DNA of 59,917 nucleotides from a virus (Duplodnaviria; Caudoviricetes): IMG/VR virus record IMGVR_UViG_3300005613_004609, positions 1 to 59,917 of that record; one strand, 5' to 3'. Shown piece by piece: positions 1 to 9,632 of this stretch (position 1 is its first letter; each line of letters starts with the position of its first letter). The notes under the pieces were generated by a model. It saw only the letters and a program-made list of their open reading frames with translations, ran no database searches and was not told where the DNA came from. The position numbers and the translations under genes were made by a program.

Positions 1-53
1 ACAGCCAATATTTGAATCCCTTCAGCTTGATAGCAATATATTTTTTATCCATT

Positions 54-286
54 TTAAAATACCGTCCCTAAAATATCTTTATAAAAGTGTTTCCCAATTT
101 TCCTTCTAACAAGAGCCTGGTAGAACATCGTCTCATTTTCTATGTAGCCCTTACGTTCGTTTTTTTCCATTGTCGATAAGAAACTTGAATACCACCCACA
201 GGAAACCACCAACCATTTTTTATCTTTTCATTCACTTTCGCAGTCAGTCCAGCACAAGACAAATCAGACATAATTATATATTCCAT
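54..286 (-). pseudogene. DUF1737-like small protein, frameshifted at an A7 run (160-166)
   Basis: Manual translation gives MEYIIMSDLSCAGLTAKVNEKIKNGWWFPVGGIQVSYRQWKK, then in the shifted frame NERKGYIENETMFYQALVRR. Resembles 51019..51207 (GWKPYG...FYQVL). Probably a homopolymer error. Confidence 0.55.
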
Positions 287-307
287 ATCACAACCCTCAT
301 ATTACAA

Positions 308-523
308 CTAATAAGATTTTTTGTCAAGAATCATATCTATCCAAAAGAAATCACACATTTCAATGAGTCCATTCAGAGCAATACGACCATTTTCATCAAC
401 ATTAGGGTAAAAATTAACAAGGACCTTCTTCTGAGTTTCCAACAGATCAATGTCAATGTTAAAATCACCCGGCCCATCCTTAATTACCTTTAATTCTAAT
501 CTCCGCACCATTTTTTCAGGCAT
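308..523 (-). CDS. hypothetical protein
   Basis: 71-aa ORF with an AGGAGG SD upstream. Confidence 0.65.
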   Translation of the reverse strand: MPEKMVRRLELKVIKDGPGDFNIDIDLLETQKKVLVNFYPNVDENGRIALNGLIEMCDFFWIDMILDKKSY

Positions 524-597
524 ATTATTCCTCCTTTAGAATTCCTTTTACTTTCCTAACTAAATAACTCTTTGTATAACAGTGGCAGGGGCAAGGA

Positions 598-783
598 TTA
601 GTCGACATTTTCCCCATATTGAGGAAGTTTCTTTGCCTCTCTTTTCCGTTTCTTATCAAAGTTTTTGAGCAATTTGTAACAGAAAATACACTGCCGTTTA
701 AAAGGGCAATAGTGACCTTGATCATTTGAGCCCAGTTCCAACCATTTTTTCAGGTTCTTTTTAAAAGGTTCTGGCAGTTTCAT
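598..783 (-). CDS. small Cys-containing hypothetical protein
   Basis: AAGGAG SD before ATG at 783; CPF..CIFC motif. Confidence 0.5.
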   Translation of the reverse strand: MKLPEPFKKNLKKWLELGSNDQGHYCPFKRQCIFCYKLLKNFDKKRKREAKKLPQYGENVD

Positions 784-833
784 ACTACTCCTTTTCTGCA
801 ATCGATTGCAATCTTACGTATATAACAGCCCAA

Positions 834-1352
834 TCAATGCATATTTATTATCTGATAAGAATCCGATCTTGTTATCATAAACCCGAATTTAGTGTCATTA
901 TAAATGTACACTGTCCATCTATCATCGCCAGAAACAACATCCCTAAAGAAATCAAAGTTCAGAGTATATTTCTCTTTCAGGGTACGTATAATTTTAGCAT
1001 AGGGAGCAGACACATCACACGCGTTATTGTCCCATGGCCAGAGATCAAGGGTAATTGCATCATGAGTCGGAAAAATCTTCTCCCATTCAGGAAACTTAGC
1101 ATCCTCTTGCAGGGTCAGCCCAAGCTTATTTTTCTGATTAGTCACAACTTGATACACGCCATCCTGATATGGGTGAACAGCATCCAGGCAATGGATTCTA
1201 TTCCCGTCAGTCCCTACTATCAATTCCCCCTTAATCTGTACACAGTCAGTTCTGTACATCATCTGCATATTTTTCTTCTTAGTAGTGGCACTTATCACCC
1301 ATTTCATTGCATCAAAATAGGGATAATTCTTGCCAAGTTCTATATATTCCAT
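834..1352 (-). CDS. hypothetical protein with sliding-clamp (beta subunit)-like TDGxR motif
   Basis: IVGTDGNRIH and KFPEWEKIFP resemble beta-clamp segments; lies downstream of a sigma70-like promoter. Confidence 0.5.
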   Translation of the reverse strand: MEYIELGKNYPYFDAMKWVISATTKKKNMQMMYRTDCVQIKGELIVGTDGNRIHCLDAVHPYQDGVYQVVTNQKNKLGLTLQEDAKFPEWEKIFPTHDAITLDLWPWDNNACDVSAPYAKIIRTLKEKYTLNFDFFRDVVSGDDRWTVYIYNDTKFGFMITRSDSYQIINMH

Positions 1353-1430
1353 GGTAGCCCCTCTTATATTGGTGTTTATTTACTATTTATTTTGTTTATT
1401 ATTCACAGATTATTATTATATTTCCCTTTT

Positions 1431-1459
1431 ATTTTATGATAACAACAATTTTTTGTCAA
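1431..1459 (-). promoter_or_regulatory. sigma70-type promoter TTGACA-17-TAAAAT
   Basis: Consensus -35, 17-nt spacer, near-consensus -10; intergenic. Confidence 0.75.
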
Positions 1460-2349
1460 GCATTTTCACTAAAAATTCCAGAAAATATTGCAGAGGGGAC
1501 CGAGCCACCCAAATTCCCTATCTATAATTGGCATCAAGTGGCATCAAAGTATCCATCTATTAAACATCTTTGTCAAGGTATCCTAAATATCTCATACGAA
1601 ATATAGAGCTATAATACTATCGCGGCACTGCTACTATCTTGTAAAATTTGGAAATCCGTTTCTTCTATAGCTTATTGTGTCTGATAAGATAGATTATGTA
1701 AACCAGCTTTTCTCCCGTCACACAGCACAGAACAGTTAAGCATTTGCAGCTGCCATTTTCCTATATCAAATTGCAGATCAATGATGCACATACATATACT
1801 AACTTTATTTCCTTTCTATCTTGTATGAAAAGCCGTGCGGGTTAGGTTTTAATGATGTTTAATGACATTTCATTGTTATTCAGTCATTACTCTTTAGTAT
1901 CCCCTTCATATACACCCATGTTTAATACATATATCCATTCCTTTCTACACTTTCATTGCCCTTTAGCTTATTCAATATGTATTCATTGTTTATTATCCTA
2001 TATCATCTACACTTCTATACACTCCCACCACGCCAGGTGTCCATCCAGGCAGCCAGGCCACAGCCACCGCAACAGCCATAAAGCACAGTATAAACACATC
2101 TTTCACATATGCACAGTGATTAATGCAGATAAGCGATTGATATTATTATACATTGTACTTTTATAGCATCATTAACATATGATATTAATCACCCTTTATA
2201 GTTCATATACACAGACTGTATTATATACTTATTCATTCCCGCCAAGACACACTTGTCATAACAGTTGATTAGTTAATCATCCGGATATTATTGTCAGGCA
2301 ACACATGCAACCAACACATGATGCAACCATTAGAACCAGAACAGTATGT

Positions 2350-2518
2350 TACATTAGGTAGCTTTACAGAGGGTAGCTTTATAGGGATAGGGGCAGCTTT
2401 ACATAGGGGTACTTATAGAAGGGGGGCACAGCATAAAGGGGGTACTTATATACAGAGGGCACCATATACTCCCCCCAGGCAACCAGGCAACCAGGCAAAG
2501 GAGGCAAAGGAGGGAGGT
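2350..2518. repeat. short degenerate direct repeats (GGTAGCTTTA/GGGTACTTATA; CCAGGCAA x3; AGGCAAAGG x2) in a non-coding region
   Basis: Read directly from the sequence. Confidence 0.6.
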
Positions 2519-2534
2519 TTACTACATGGAGATG

Positions 2535-2786
2535 TTAGCTTTTTGCAATCGCTTGCACTTTTCTTCCTTCCCAGTGCACAGCATGCCATACAGTAGAGGC
2601 CCTTAGTTTCGTCAGGGCAACAGCAAGGTCAAGGTATTGCTCCTTTGTTAAACGGGCCGCCAAAATAGCGTTATCATCATCAATCAAGTTCCCAGTATCG
2701 GTATATCCAAGATCATGTAACGCATGCACAGTGTCACTTGTTATCTCCAGGTCAGATAGTTTTGGCACAATGAACTCCTCTTTCAA
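2535..2786 (-). CDS. hypothetical protein
   Basis: Last ORF of the TerL-downstream gene string. Confidence 0.5.
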   Translation of the reverse strand: MKEEFIVPKLSDLEITSDTVHALHDLGYTDTGNLIDDDNAILAARLTKEQYLDLAVALTKLRASTVWHAVHWEGRKVQAIAKS

Positions 2787-3222
2787 TGGGGTAGGGGGAT
2801 CGTTTTTCGAACTGGCATTTTTTAATTCTCTTTTTAGGGGTACTACCAGCCATTCGGATCACCCTAACATCCTGATTAACAGTAGCAGAGGGAGCACTAG
2901 CAATCGGTACTCTTGTTTCCTCTTCAACAAAGTGTAGCATAGTTCGAGTCAGGTAATCAAACAGGACAGGGGGACTCATATATTCTACATCGTCCATAGA
3001 AACTTCAACATATCCCTGTTGAACTGGTTTCCACACCTCTCGTGCCTTGTAGTTGAATATAAAGACCAGAGACCTTGTGAGCACGGATTCCTGTACCCTT
3101 TCCAGTGCAATGTGCCCTTGAGAGCCCTCAGAAATAGCCTTATTAAGAGTTTGAATAAGATGTTTTGAATATAATCCTCCTAACCTCGCAGCATCCACAA
3201 CAGTTCCTAACTGAGACATCAT
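2752..3222 (-). CDS. hypothetical protein
   Basis: 156-aa ORF with GGAGG SD. Confidence 0.6.
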   Translation of the reverse strand: MMSQLGTVVDAARLGGLYSKHLIQTLNKAISEGSQGHIALERVQESVLTRSLVFIFNYKAREVWKPVQQGYVEVSMDDVEYMSPPVLFDYLTRTMLHFVEEETRVPIASAPSATVNQDVRVIRMAGSTPKKRIKKCQFEKRSPYPIERGVHCAKTI

Positions 3223-3700
3223 TTCCTCCTGTTTTAAACCTTATTATCCTTACATCACTCCTTAGTGGTGCATCCTTTTCAAGACACCTAAGAGCATCCC
3301 TTAGAGATTCCGCAGCAACCCCTGCAGATATACCAGTAGTACCCAGGGATCGCATAACCTCCATGAAGTCCTGATAGCTATCATTTGGAAAGTCCATGAA
3401 CATTTCAACCGTGTCTTCTTGACTCTCCTGTCCCCTTCGATGGCCCCTTATAACCCCCGTTCCTACCGAGCGGTCCCTTTCAAGTGCCAGGTCAAAGCCA
3501 GAGATAGGGGCATGTACCGAGGAAACCGCATTTTCGAATTCACTGAAGGCCTTCACAGACTTTGCAAAAGCAGAACCAACTTCACGCCACATAGAGAGGT
3601 GAGGAGAAATCATCTCTTTCAACTTTGCAGACAGGGCATCCATGGATACCGTTTTCACATTTAAAGGCCCCACCTGGGCTTCTATTTGGCATCCCCTCAC
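3143..3700 (-). CDS. hypothetical protein
   Basis: 185-aa ORF, start overlaps the upstream stop. Confidence 0.6.
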   Translation of the reverse strand: MRGCQIEAQVGPLNVKTVSMDALSAKLKEMISPHLSMWREVGSAFAKSVKAFSEFENAVSSVHAPISGFDLALERDRSVGTGVIRGHRRGQESQEDTVEMFMDFPNDSYQDFMEVMRSLGTTGISAGVAAESLRDALRCLEKDAPLRSDVRIIRFKTGGNDVSVRNCCGCCEVRRIIFKTSYSNS

Positions 3701-3912
3701 CCTCTTTTCTTTTTTCTGGTTATTTTACCCCAGTGCACATTAGCAAAGTAGTCTTTTCGAATATCCTTTGGTATCCTCCTTAATCGATTCCGTTGCCTCC
3801 GTATCTCCCGGTCCTTCACGGCCTTTCTTGAGGCATAACTCGCCATTGCCATACGTAGCTTTTTTTCCCTTAGTTCCCTTCGTTTTTTCTTCTTACTTTC
3901 CCAGGGCATCAT
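3697..3912 (-). CDS. small basic hypothetical protein
   Basis: K/R-rich 71-aa ORF with GAGG SD. Confidence 0.55.
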   Translation of the reverse strand: MMPWESKKKKRRELREKKLRMAMASYASRKAVKDREIRRQRNRLRRIPKDIRKDYFANVHWGKITRKKKRG

Positions 3913-3918
3913 GACACC

Positions 3919-4110
3919 TCATATTTTATCCGTATGGAAGTTCAGCCAGGCCCAGTTAATCGGTTGATATCCACCACCTCGTTGCATAACTCTCCTTGTT
4001 TTGCAAGAGGTACAACTTAGATATCTCGTATGTCCGTTATCCTTAATAATGAACATCCTGTGCCAAGGCCTATGATTCTTATGACCACCTTTAGAAACTG
4101 TTTTAATCAT
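3919..4110 (-). CDS. small CxxC hypothetical protein
   Basis: GGAGG SD before ATG at 4110; CTSC motif. Confidence 0.55.
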   Translation of the reverse strand: MIKTVSKGGHKNHRPWHRMFIIKDNGHTRYLSCTSCKTRRVMQRGGGYQPINWAWLNFHTDKI

Positions 4111-4314
4111 TATACCCTCCCTAACACTTTTTAAAACGAATAACCCGAATCCTTTGTGGTTTCTTATAGGGCAAAACAGAGGAAGGTATTCTCCAGGGAT
4201 AACGATTCCCACCCTTACTTAGAAGATCCACATAACCTCCCCCAGTCGAAATCACTCATAGATTCCATTTCAGTCAAAAGTATGCCATTTTTGCTAATTA
4301 ACGAGTTTCTTCCT

Positions 4315-7300
4315 TCATACAACACTTGCTCTCAACCTCCTTCCGTCCTGCCCCTTTCTATCAGCCCGCGTTATCCTCACCTTTCTAACTTCCATCGGTG
4401 TTGAGGTGGCAGGTTGTTCATCCACAGCAGAACTACGCCTTGCCCGTTTAAATCGTGCAACTTTAGAGTACAGAATAAAAACAAGTCCAGCAATTGCGTC
4501 AGCCACATCCTTTGAGCCAGCAGGTGGATGGTCGATCTTATTCTTCTCTTTGTCCCTTTCTATTTCCCTCAGTTCTTTAGCCAACGTCTCTTGTGAGGGC
4601 ATCAAGATACGCTCATCCTTCACAGCCAGTTTCACTTCAGTGTAGGGAGCAATAGAAGTGTCAACAGACAAGACACCGGATCGTATACGTGCCTTTCTGA
4701 ATGACTGATAGAATAAAGGAGCCTGGTAAGAGTCCATAGTGCACCATCCCAGGTTTATCCTACTTCTTAAGTGCATAACAAAGTCACGTACCATCTCTAA
4801 ATCTACTTCCTCCCCGGACCTCGACTGTATCCTTAACGCACCATCAATATGGTATATAGGAGCCAGGATATCAGTAACCTCAATAAATGAGTTAGCCCTA
4901 CTATCAAAGAAACGAGTGGAGGGGAGGTTTTTATATCCTGAAATATGACCAACACCAAGGCCAAGTGCGTCCCCAGTCAACCCAACATCAATATGTGCTG
5001 CAAAAACAGCTTGTTTATCCAGTAGAACATCTCTTATATAATCATCATTAATCAGATCATTCCACTCGTCAATTCGGTCGAAGAAGTCTGGTAGAAATAT
5101 ATCATCATTCACGAACAATTGATTACCGCCAGTCAGGGAGTTAAACTTATCCCGGGCCAGCTGCATAGCCTCTCTATAGGGAATGAAAGGTGACTTAGTT
5201 CCAGTTGCAATGCCTCCAAGGTCCTTTAGTGCAGCATCAATATCCCGCTCAAACTCAATCTGATACTCAGTAGGCACTTCTACCACGTCCTCAGCATCCA
5301 GGGCATCCTCAATATTAGCCAGAATACGTGATTGTTTCAGTTCATTACCAACCTCAATTAGGAATTTATCACCACAGAATCTATCAGCCGGTAAAGCCTC
5401 CCATTGAGAGTAGGACATAACAAATATGCTCTTATCCGTCTTAGCCTCCTCCATCTTCTTATCAGTGAAGTCGCCAGGATAGTTCCTTGAGGAAATGAGC
5501 ATCAATTTACCAGGGAGTTTCCCTTTCTGCATAAAACGTGACTTCATCCTTCTTATAATAGTGGAATAGAGTCTCTCAGCCTGGTCATACTCTTCCTCCC
5601 CAGTAAACCGAGTTTCAACAGAATCCCTTGTTCGAGCCATGAAGTTCAATTCATCAATAACACCTCCAAACACGTTCATTCCAAGGGCTGCAGTATCATT
5701 ACCACCAACAGGCAGGACAACTATCTGAGAAGGAAATCGTAACTCAGATCGTACTGCAGGATCAAAACGAAAGTTTTTCTGAAAATACGGACTTAACCGT
5801 AAACGTTCCGAGAATTGGTCAAAGACAACCTTCTTAGCCAGAGTCAAGGTTTTAGACTGTGCTATAAAGAATATGGTAGAGCCAGGGGCAAGATCGAACT
5901 CAACCTGTGGGTTATGATAACAAGACAGTTTATAAATCATATAAGCAAGCGCCATATCAGCAAAATAATTCTTTCCAATACCAATCGTCAAATAGCGCCT
6001 GTATTTGAGCTAAGAATACAAGCGCCATCGGCATCACCTCCTTCCACTTCAACAAAAAATACTCCAGTTGAATCCACCGTTAAACAATAAACATCTTCCT
6101 TAACTCCAAGACACTCAATAGATTTTACCACATGATTTCTATGCTGCCTTGTATCATAACCCATAAACACATCACGAAATTCTATATAAGACATCCCTCC
6201 ATCATTTAATAAAGAATAAATCTTTGAAGCTGAGCAATCCAATTTACTACACAAATCTGCAAAAACTTTGCAATCGCTTGCAATCGCCAAAAGATCATTA
6301 AAATGCAGATCATCTCGTCTATTTGGATGTCTCAGATTTAAGACATGCATTCGCTCTGCACGAATATCTTTCTCTTCAGCTCCTTCCTCAGAATCCCAAA
6401 AATGTTTAGCTATAAATCCAGCCTCTCCATTAAGATTTCTCTTTCTCATTCTTTCAGAAGCTTCTATTCTTTGTTCAAAGTCGCACCACCTTAAGCTCTT
6501 TTTTGCATTCTTACTTGCATTCTCTGATCTTTCAGAAAAAGGCAGAAAGTTGTATTTCTCTATATTATTTATAGCAAGATTCCTATGTAAAAAAGAATGC
6601 TCTCTCCAAGATAGTAATTCTAAATTAGTAGGATCATTATTCATTTTATTAAAGTCTTTATGATGAACTACATTTCCTTTTCTCTCGCCAAATACAAAAT
6701 CAGCCACCATTCTATGAACAAATACCTCTTTCTCATCTTTCTGTTTTATTGTTTGATACTCTCCTCCTCTTCCTATCTTCCTCTTTCCAAGATACATACT
6801 TTCTATTCTATCACCAGTCTTTAAATGTTTAATCTGAACTTTCTCTCCAGAAGAAGTTAAAAATTGATGTCTCGCATTCCCTCTTGCTGAAGAACCATCT
6901 GTAAAATTAACTCGCCACAAGACATCAGTTCCAGTTTTATGTGGAAAGCGTGCTTGTGCCGGACATAAACCATCTTTTCCTCTTGTATATACCCAAAACT
7001 TTTCATCAGGAGCTTTCATTTTAGCAAGCTCCTCTATAGTTGGATTAGTGCCATCAAGTAAAGGCACTCTCATATCCTTAGCAAGGCATAATACACCCTC
7101 AACATAATTTGGATTTTCAAAGAACTCATTTAATTTACTCATTATTGCAGGACGTACAGAACCACCTTGCCTCATATATTCAGAGCTCATAACAAACTCT
7201 TCAACATCCACAACCCTCTCAACCTTAACCCCTCTTTTTTGGATCAGGAGGCTTGAATCCCTTCCCTCATAGGCCCGAGCAAAGTTATTCATGAAATCAC

Positions 7301-7502
7301 CAAAGTCAGACAGACGTAGATAATCAACACCATCAAGGTTAAAAGAAGGTAGAGACTTGGCAAGTATACGCATCAAGGCAGCATGTTCCTTGGACGCATG
7401 CATCTCATCGATAACACATTCAACTCTTAATTTGGCCTGCTCAACTGATACTATCGGCATCGCCACTGGGTTTTGGATCGGCAATTGAATATCCTCCATC
7501 AT
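4315..7502 (-). CDS. terL: terminase large subunit with an intein and an 8-nt interruption in Walker A (two ORFs: 5988..7502 and 4315..5991)
   Basis: Reconstructed Walker A TGAIGIGKN, Walker B GGVIDE, coupling motif LISS, RNase H-like nuclease (AHIDVG...KIDHP...KDVADA). Confidence 0.9.
6003..7088 (-). mobile_element. intein with HNH endonuclease in TerL (362 aa)
   Basis: Starts CLAKD, has block F DVYCLTV, ends SN before T(+1); HHKDFNKMNNDPTNL HNH motif. Confidence 0.9.
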
Positions 7503-8229
7503 CGTTTATAGTCAGCAAAACAGCATCCTTTGAGACTTCCTCAAGCATCTTGTTAGCAGCAGATACCATCACATTCCCGCCAGAACCACCGGCATCTATT
7601 CCTTCTGGATCTACTTTACGTATGAGAGCATCAAAGTATCTCTTTACTGATGTATTCAACTCAGAAGGTTTAGCATCTCTGAGGCCCAAATCTATCTCAT
7701 ATCTTATTAGTTTATCGAGCAAGTTCCCCAGGACCTCAACAGTTTTCTCAGTCATTTTAAGGGGCAGATTAGCATTTTTCTCAGTCTCTCGTAATAGTTC
7801 CAAGCGTTCCGTTTGAACATTAATTACCCAACGTAACCTACCCAGGGAGTCCAGTTTTGCAATGGAACGTTCCCCCTTTTTAGTAGTGCGTTCCACAAAC
7901 TTCTTTCCCTCCTCCTTTGGTAGCCTCTGTGCTTCGAGTTTAAGTTCCCCAACAACTTTTTCTTTAAAGGCAAGAAGTCCCCTACCAAGGGAAGCTGGTT
8001 GAGATTTACGCATGATACCCCATTCAACCTGTACTATCTTTATTATATGATAGGATTTTTGGCCCATACGCAACCTGTGATACACCTCAGCAAGTTGCCG
8101 GTCATTCAACTTCCGCAACCATAGTCCCTTTTTACCAGGAGGATTCACAATGTCACGTAAACGCTTTAGCATCTGTGCGCCAGTGACCTGAACTTGATCC
8201 TTTATTCCAGTGGGAACATCATAACTCAT
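7441..8229 (-). CDS. putative terminase small subunit
   Basis: Helical protein lying between ParB and TerL; call is mainly positional. Confidence 0.5.
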   Translation of the reverse strand: MSYDVPTGIKDQVQVTGAQMLKRLRDIVNPPGKKGLWLRKLNDRQLAEVYHRLRMGQKSYHIIKIVQVEWGIMRKSQPASLGRGLLAFKEKVVGELKLEAQRLPKEEGKKFVERTTKKGERSIAKLDSLGRLRWVINVQTERLELLRETEKNANLPLKMTEKTVEVLGNLLDKLIRYEIDLGLRDAKPSELNTSVKRYFDALIRKVDPEGIDAGGSGGNVMVSAANKMLEEVSKDAVLLTINDDGGYSIADPKPSGDADSIS

Positions 8230-9161
8230 CTGCCAAATCCTCTATATTAGTTTCTTCTGTTTTCTCTGCCAGTTCCAGGAAATCCTTATGCTTTGCAACG
8301 AACTTCTCAATATCCATTAGTGACAAAACACGTGACAGGATAGAGTCAAAAGTATAACCCAACCCCATAGCATCTCTTGCAAGCTTCTTAGCAATGTTAA
8401 AATCCCTTGGAGACATACGTACCCATATATGATTCTTTCCACCGAAGTCGAGCAGCATGTAGTTATAGGGTAAAGTAGAACCATACTTAGTAAACAACCT
8501 GTTCAGGAGAAGGGAGAGATCATCGACAGTCTTTATATCCTCCTTGGCCGCGTCAAACTCCTTTCTCATATCAGGGTCTTCAGGCAGAGATTCCCTTGCA
8601 GATTCCACAAGCAATTGAAACTCATCCTCATTGACAAATCCAAACTCATGAGCCAGTTCACTAAATTTATATTCACCTGTCTTTACAAGTCTATTCACAA
8701 GATCATTGAATTTTCTCGTATTAAGGTGCCCTTTTATTTTATTCATTCTAACAGTCTGAAACATCTGTTTTGCTTCTGGTACTCTATCAGGGTCCGCAAT
8801 GATACAGGGGATTGTTTTAGAGTCACGTAATCTCTCATTCTCATAACGTTGTTCACCATCCACAATTCGAAAGATCTGTCTATCATCACGTATCTCTAAG
8901 GGTACAACCAGTACCGGTTGTAGAAAGTCCACATCTTCTATATTCTCAGACAACATATTAAATTCATCTGCCGTCATTTCATTAAGCTCAAGGATTCCAG
9001 GGATTAGGCTCTATATCCTTTATTGGAATCTCACAATACTCACCATGCTTAATCTTCTGGAATCGTTTGGCATCACCTCCCTTCAAGTCAGTTTTCTTCT
9101 TTTGAAGGCTTGTGCCACCGCCTCCGGAGTCACTTCGTATTTTTTGCCCAGTTCTACCCAT
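8219..9161 (-). CDS. ParB/Srx-like protein, interrupted by a 7-nt insert (ORFs 8988..9161 and 8219..8977)
   Basis: IEPNPWNP/NEMT...FLQPVLV...IVDGEQRY ParB motifs; AAGGAGGT SD 5 nt before ATG 9161. Confidence 0.8.
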
Positions 9162-9539
9162 GACATACCTCCTTTTCTTAAAACTAAAGCCTCATTTATA
9201 TCCCAACACAAATGCCAGGAATCTTTCCTTGAGGGAGGAATCCTGCCAATCGCACGACTGCTCATAATGTTCTTTGATACTTCAGAATGTTTTTTTACCA
9301 TAAAAAGGATTCCTAACTCCAATTGAATAATATCTCATATGAGCACTTCGGGACATCTTTTCATAGTTTTCTATAACATCATTTAAACTATCACCATCCC
9401 TATGATGAACTACTTCACCCGACTTTAATTTATCACCTGGGTTACATTTATTCCAAAGTAAATCAGCATAGATATAATTCTTCTTCGATCTTTTATCATA
9501 AACATATCTTCTATTTCCTGATATAAAGACAGTTCCCAT
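9083..9539 (-). mobile_element. free-standing HNH-NUMOD3 homing endonuclease, frameshifted at an A7 run (9290-9296)
   Basis: VVHHRDGDSLND HNH motif; NPFYGKK/HSE NUMOD3 motif split across frames; HTH-like C-terminus. Confidence 0.75.
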
Positions 9540-9542
9540 AAC

Positions 9543-9632
9543 TTAAAAGTTCCAAGGATTAGGCTCAATATCTCCTATTGGTATTTCCCGATACTCACCA
9601 TGAGTCCACGTCTTTTTCTTCTTCTTAGCCAT
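9543..9632 (-). pseudogene. stranded original ParB N-terminus (29 aa)
   Basis: MAKKKKKTWTHGEYREIPIGDIEPNPWNF*; duplicates HGEYCEIPIKDIEPNPWNP of 8988..9161. Confidence 0.75.

Noticed and set aside
160-166. A7 frameshift in the DUF1737-like gene as phase variation
   Set aside because: Cannot be distinguished from a homopolymer error without reads.
5988-8990. TGA reassignment or selenocysteine readthrough at the terL and parB stops
   Set aside because: Downstream coding continues in a different frame, and TGA terminates many other genes normally.
9290-9296. Frameshift in the HNH gene at an A7 run as programmed slippage
   Set aside because: It is a single-base homopolymer difference. Similar indels at 160-166 and 11820-11823 point to sequencing error or neutral decay.
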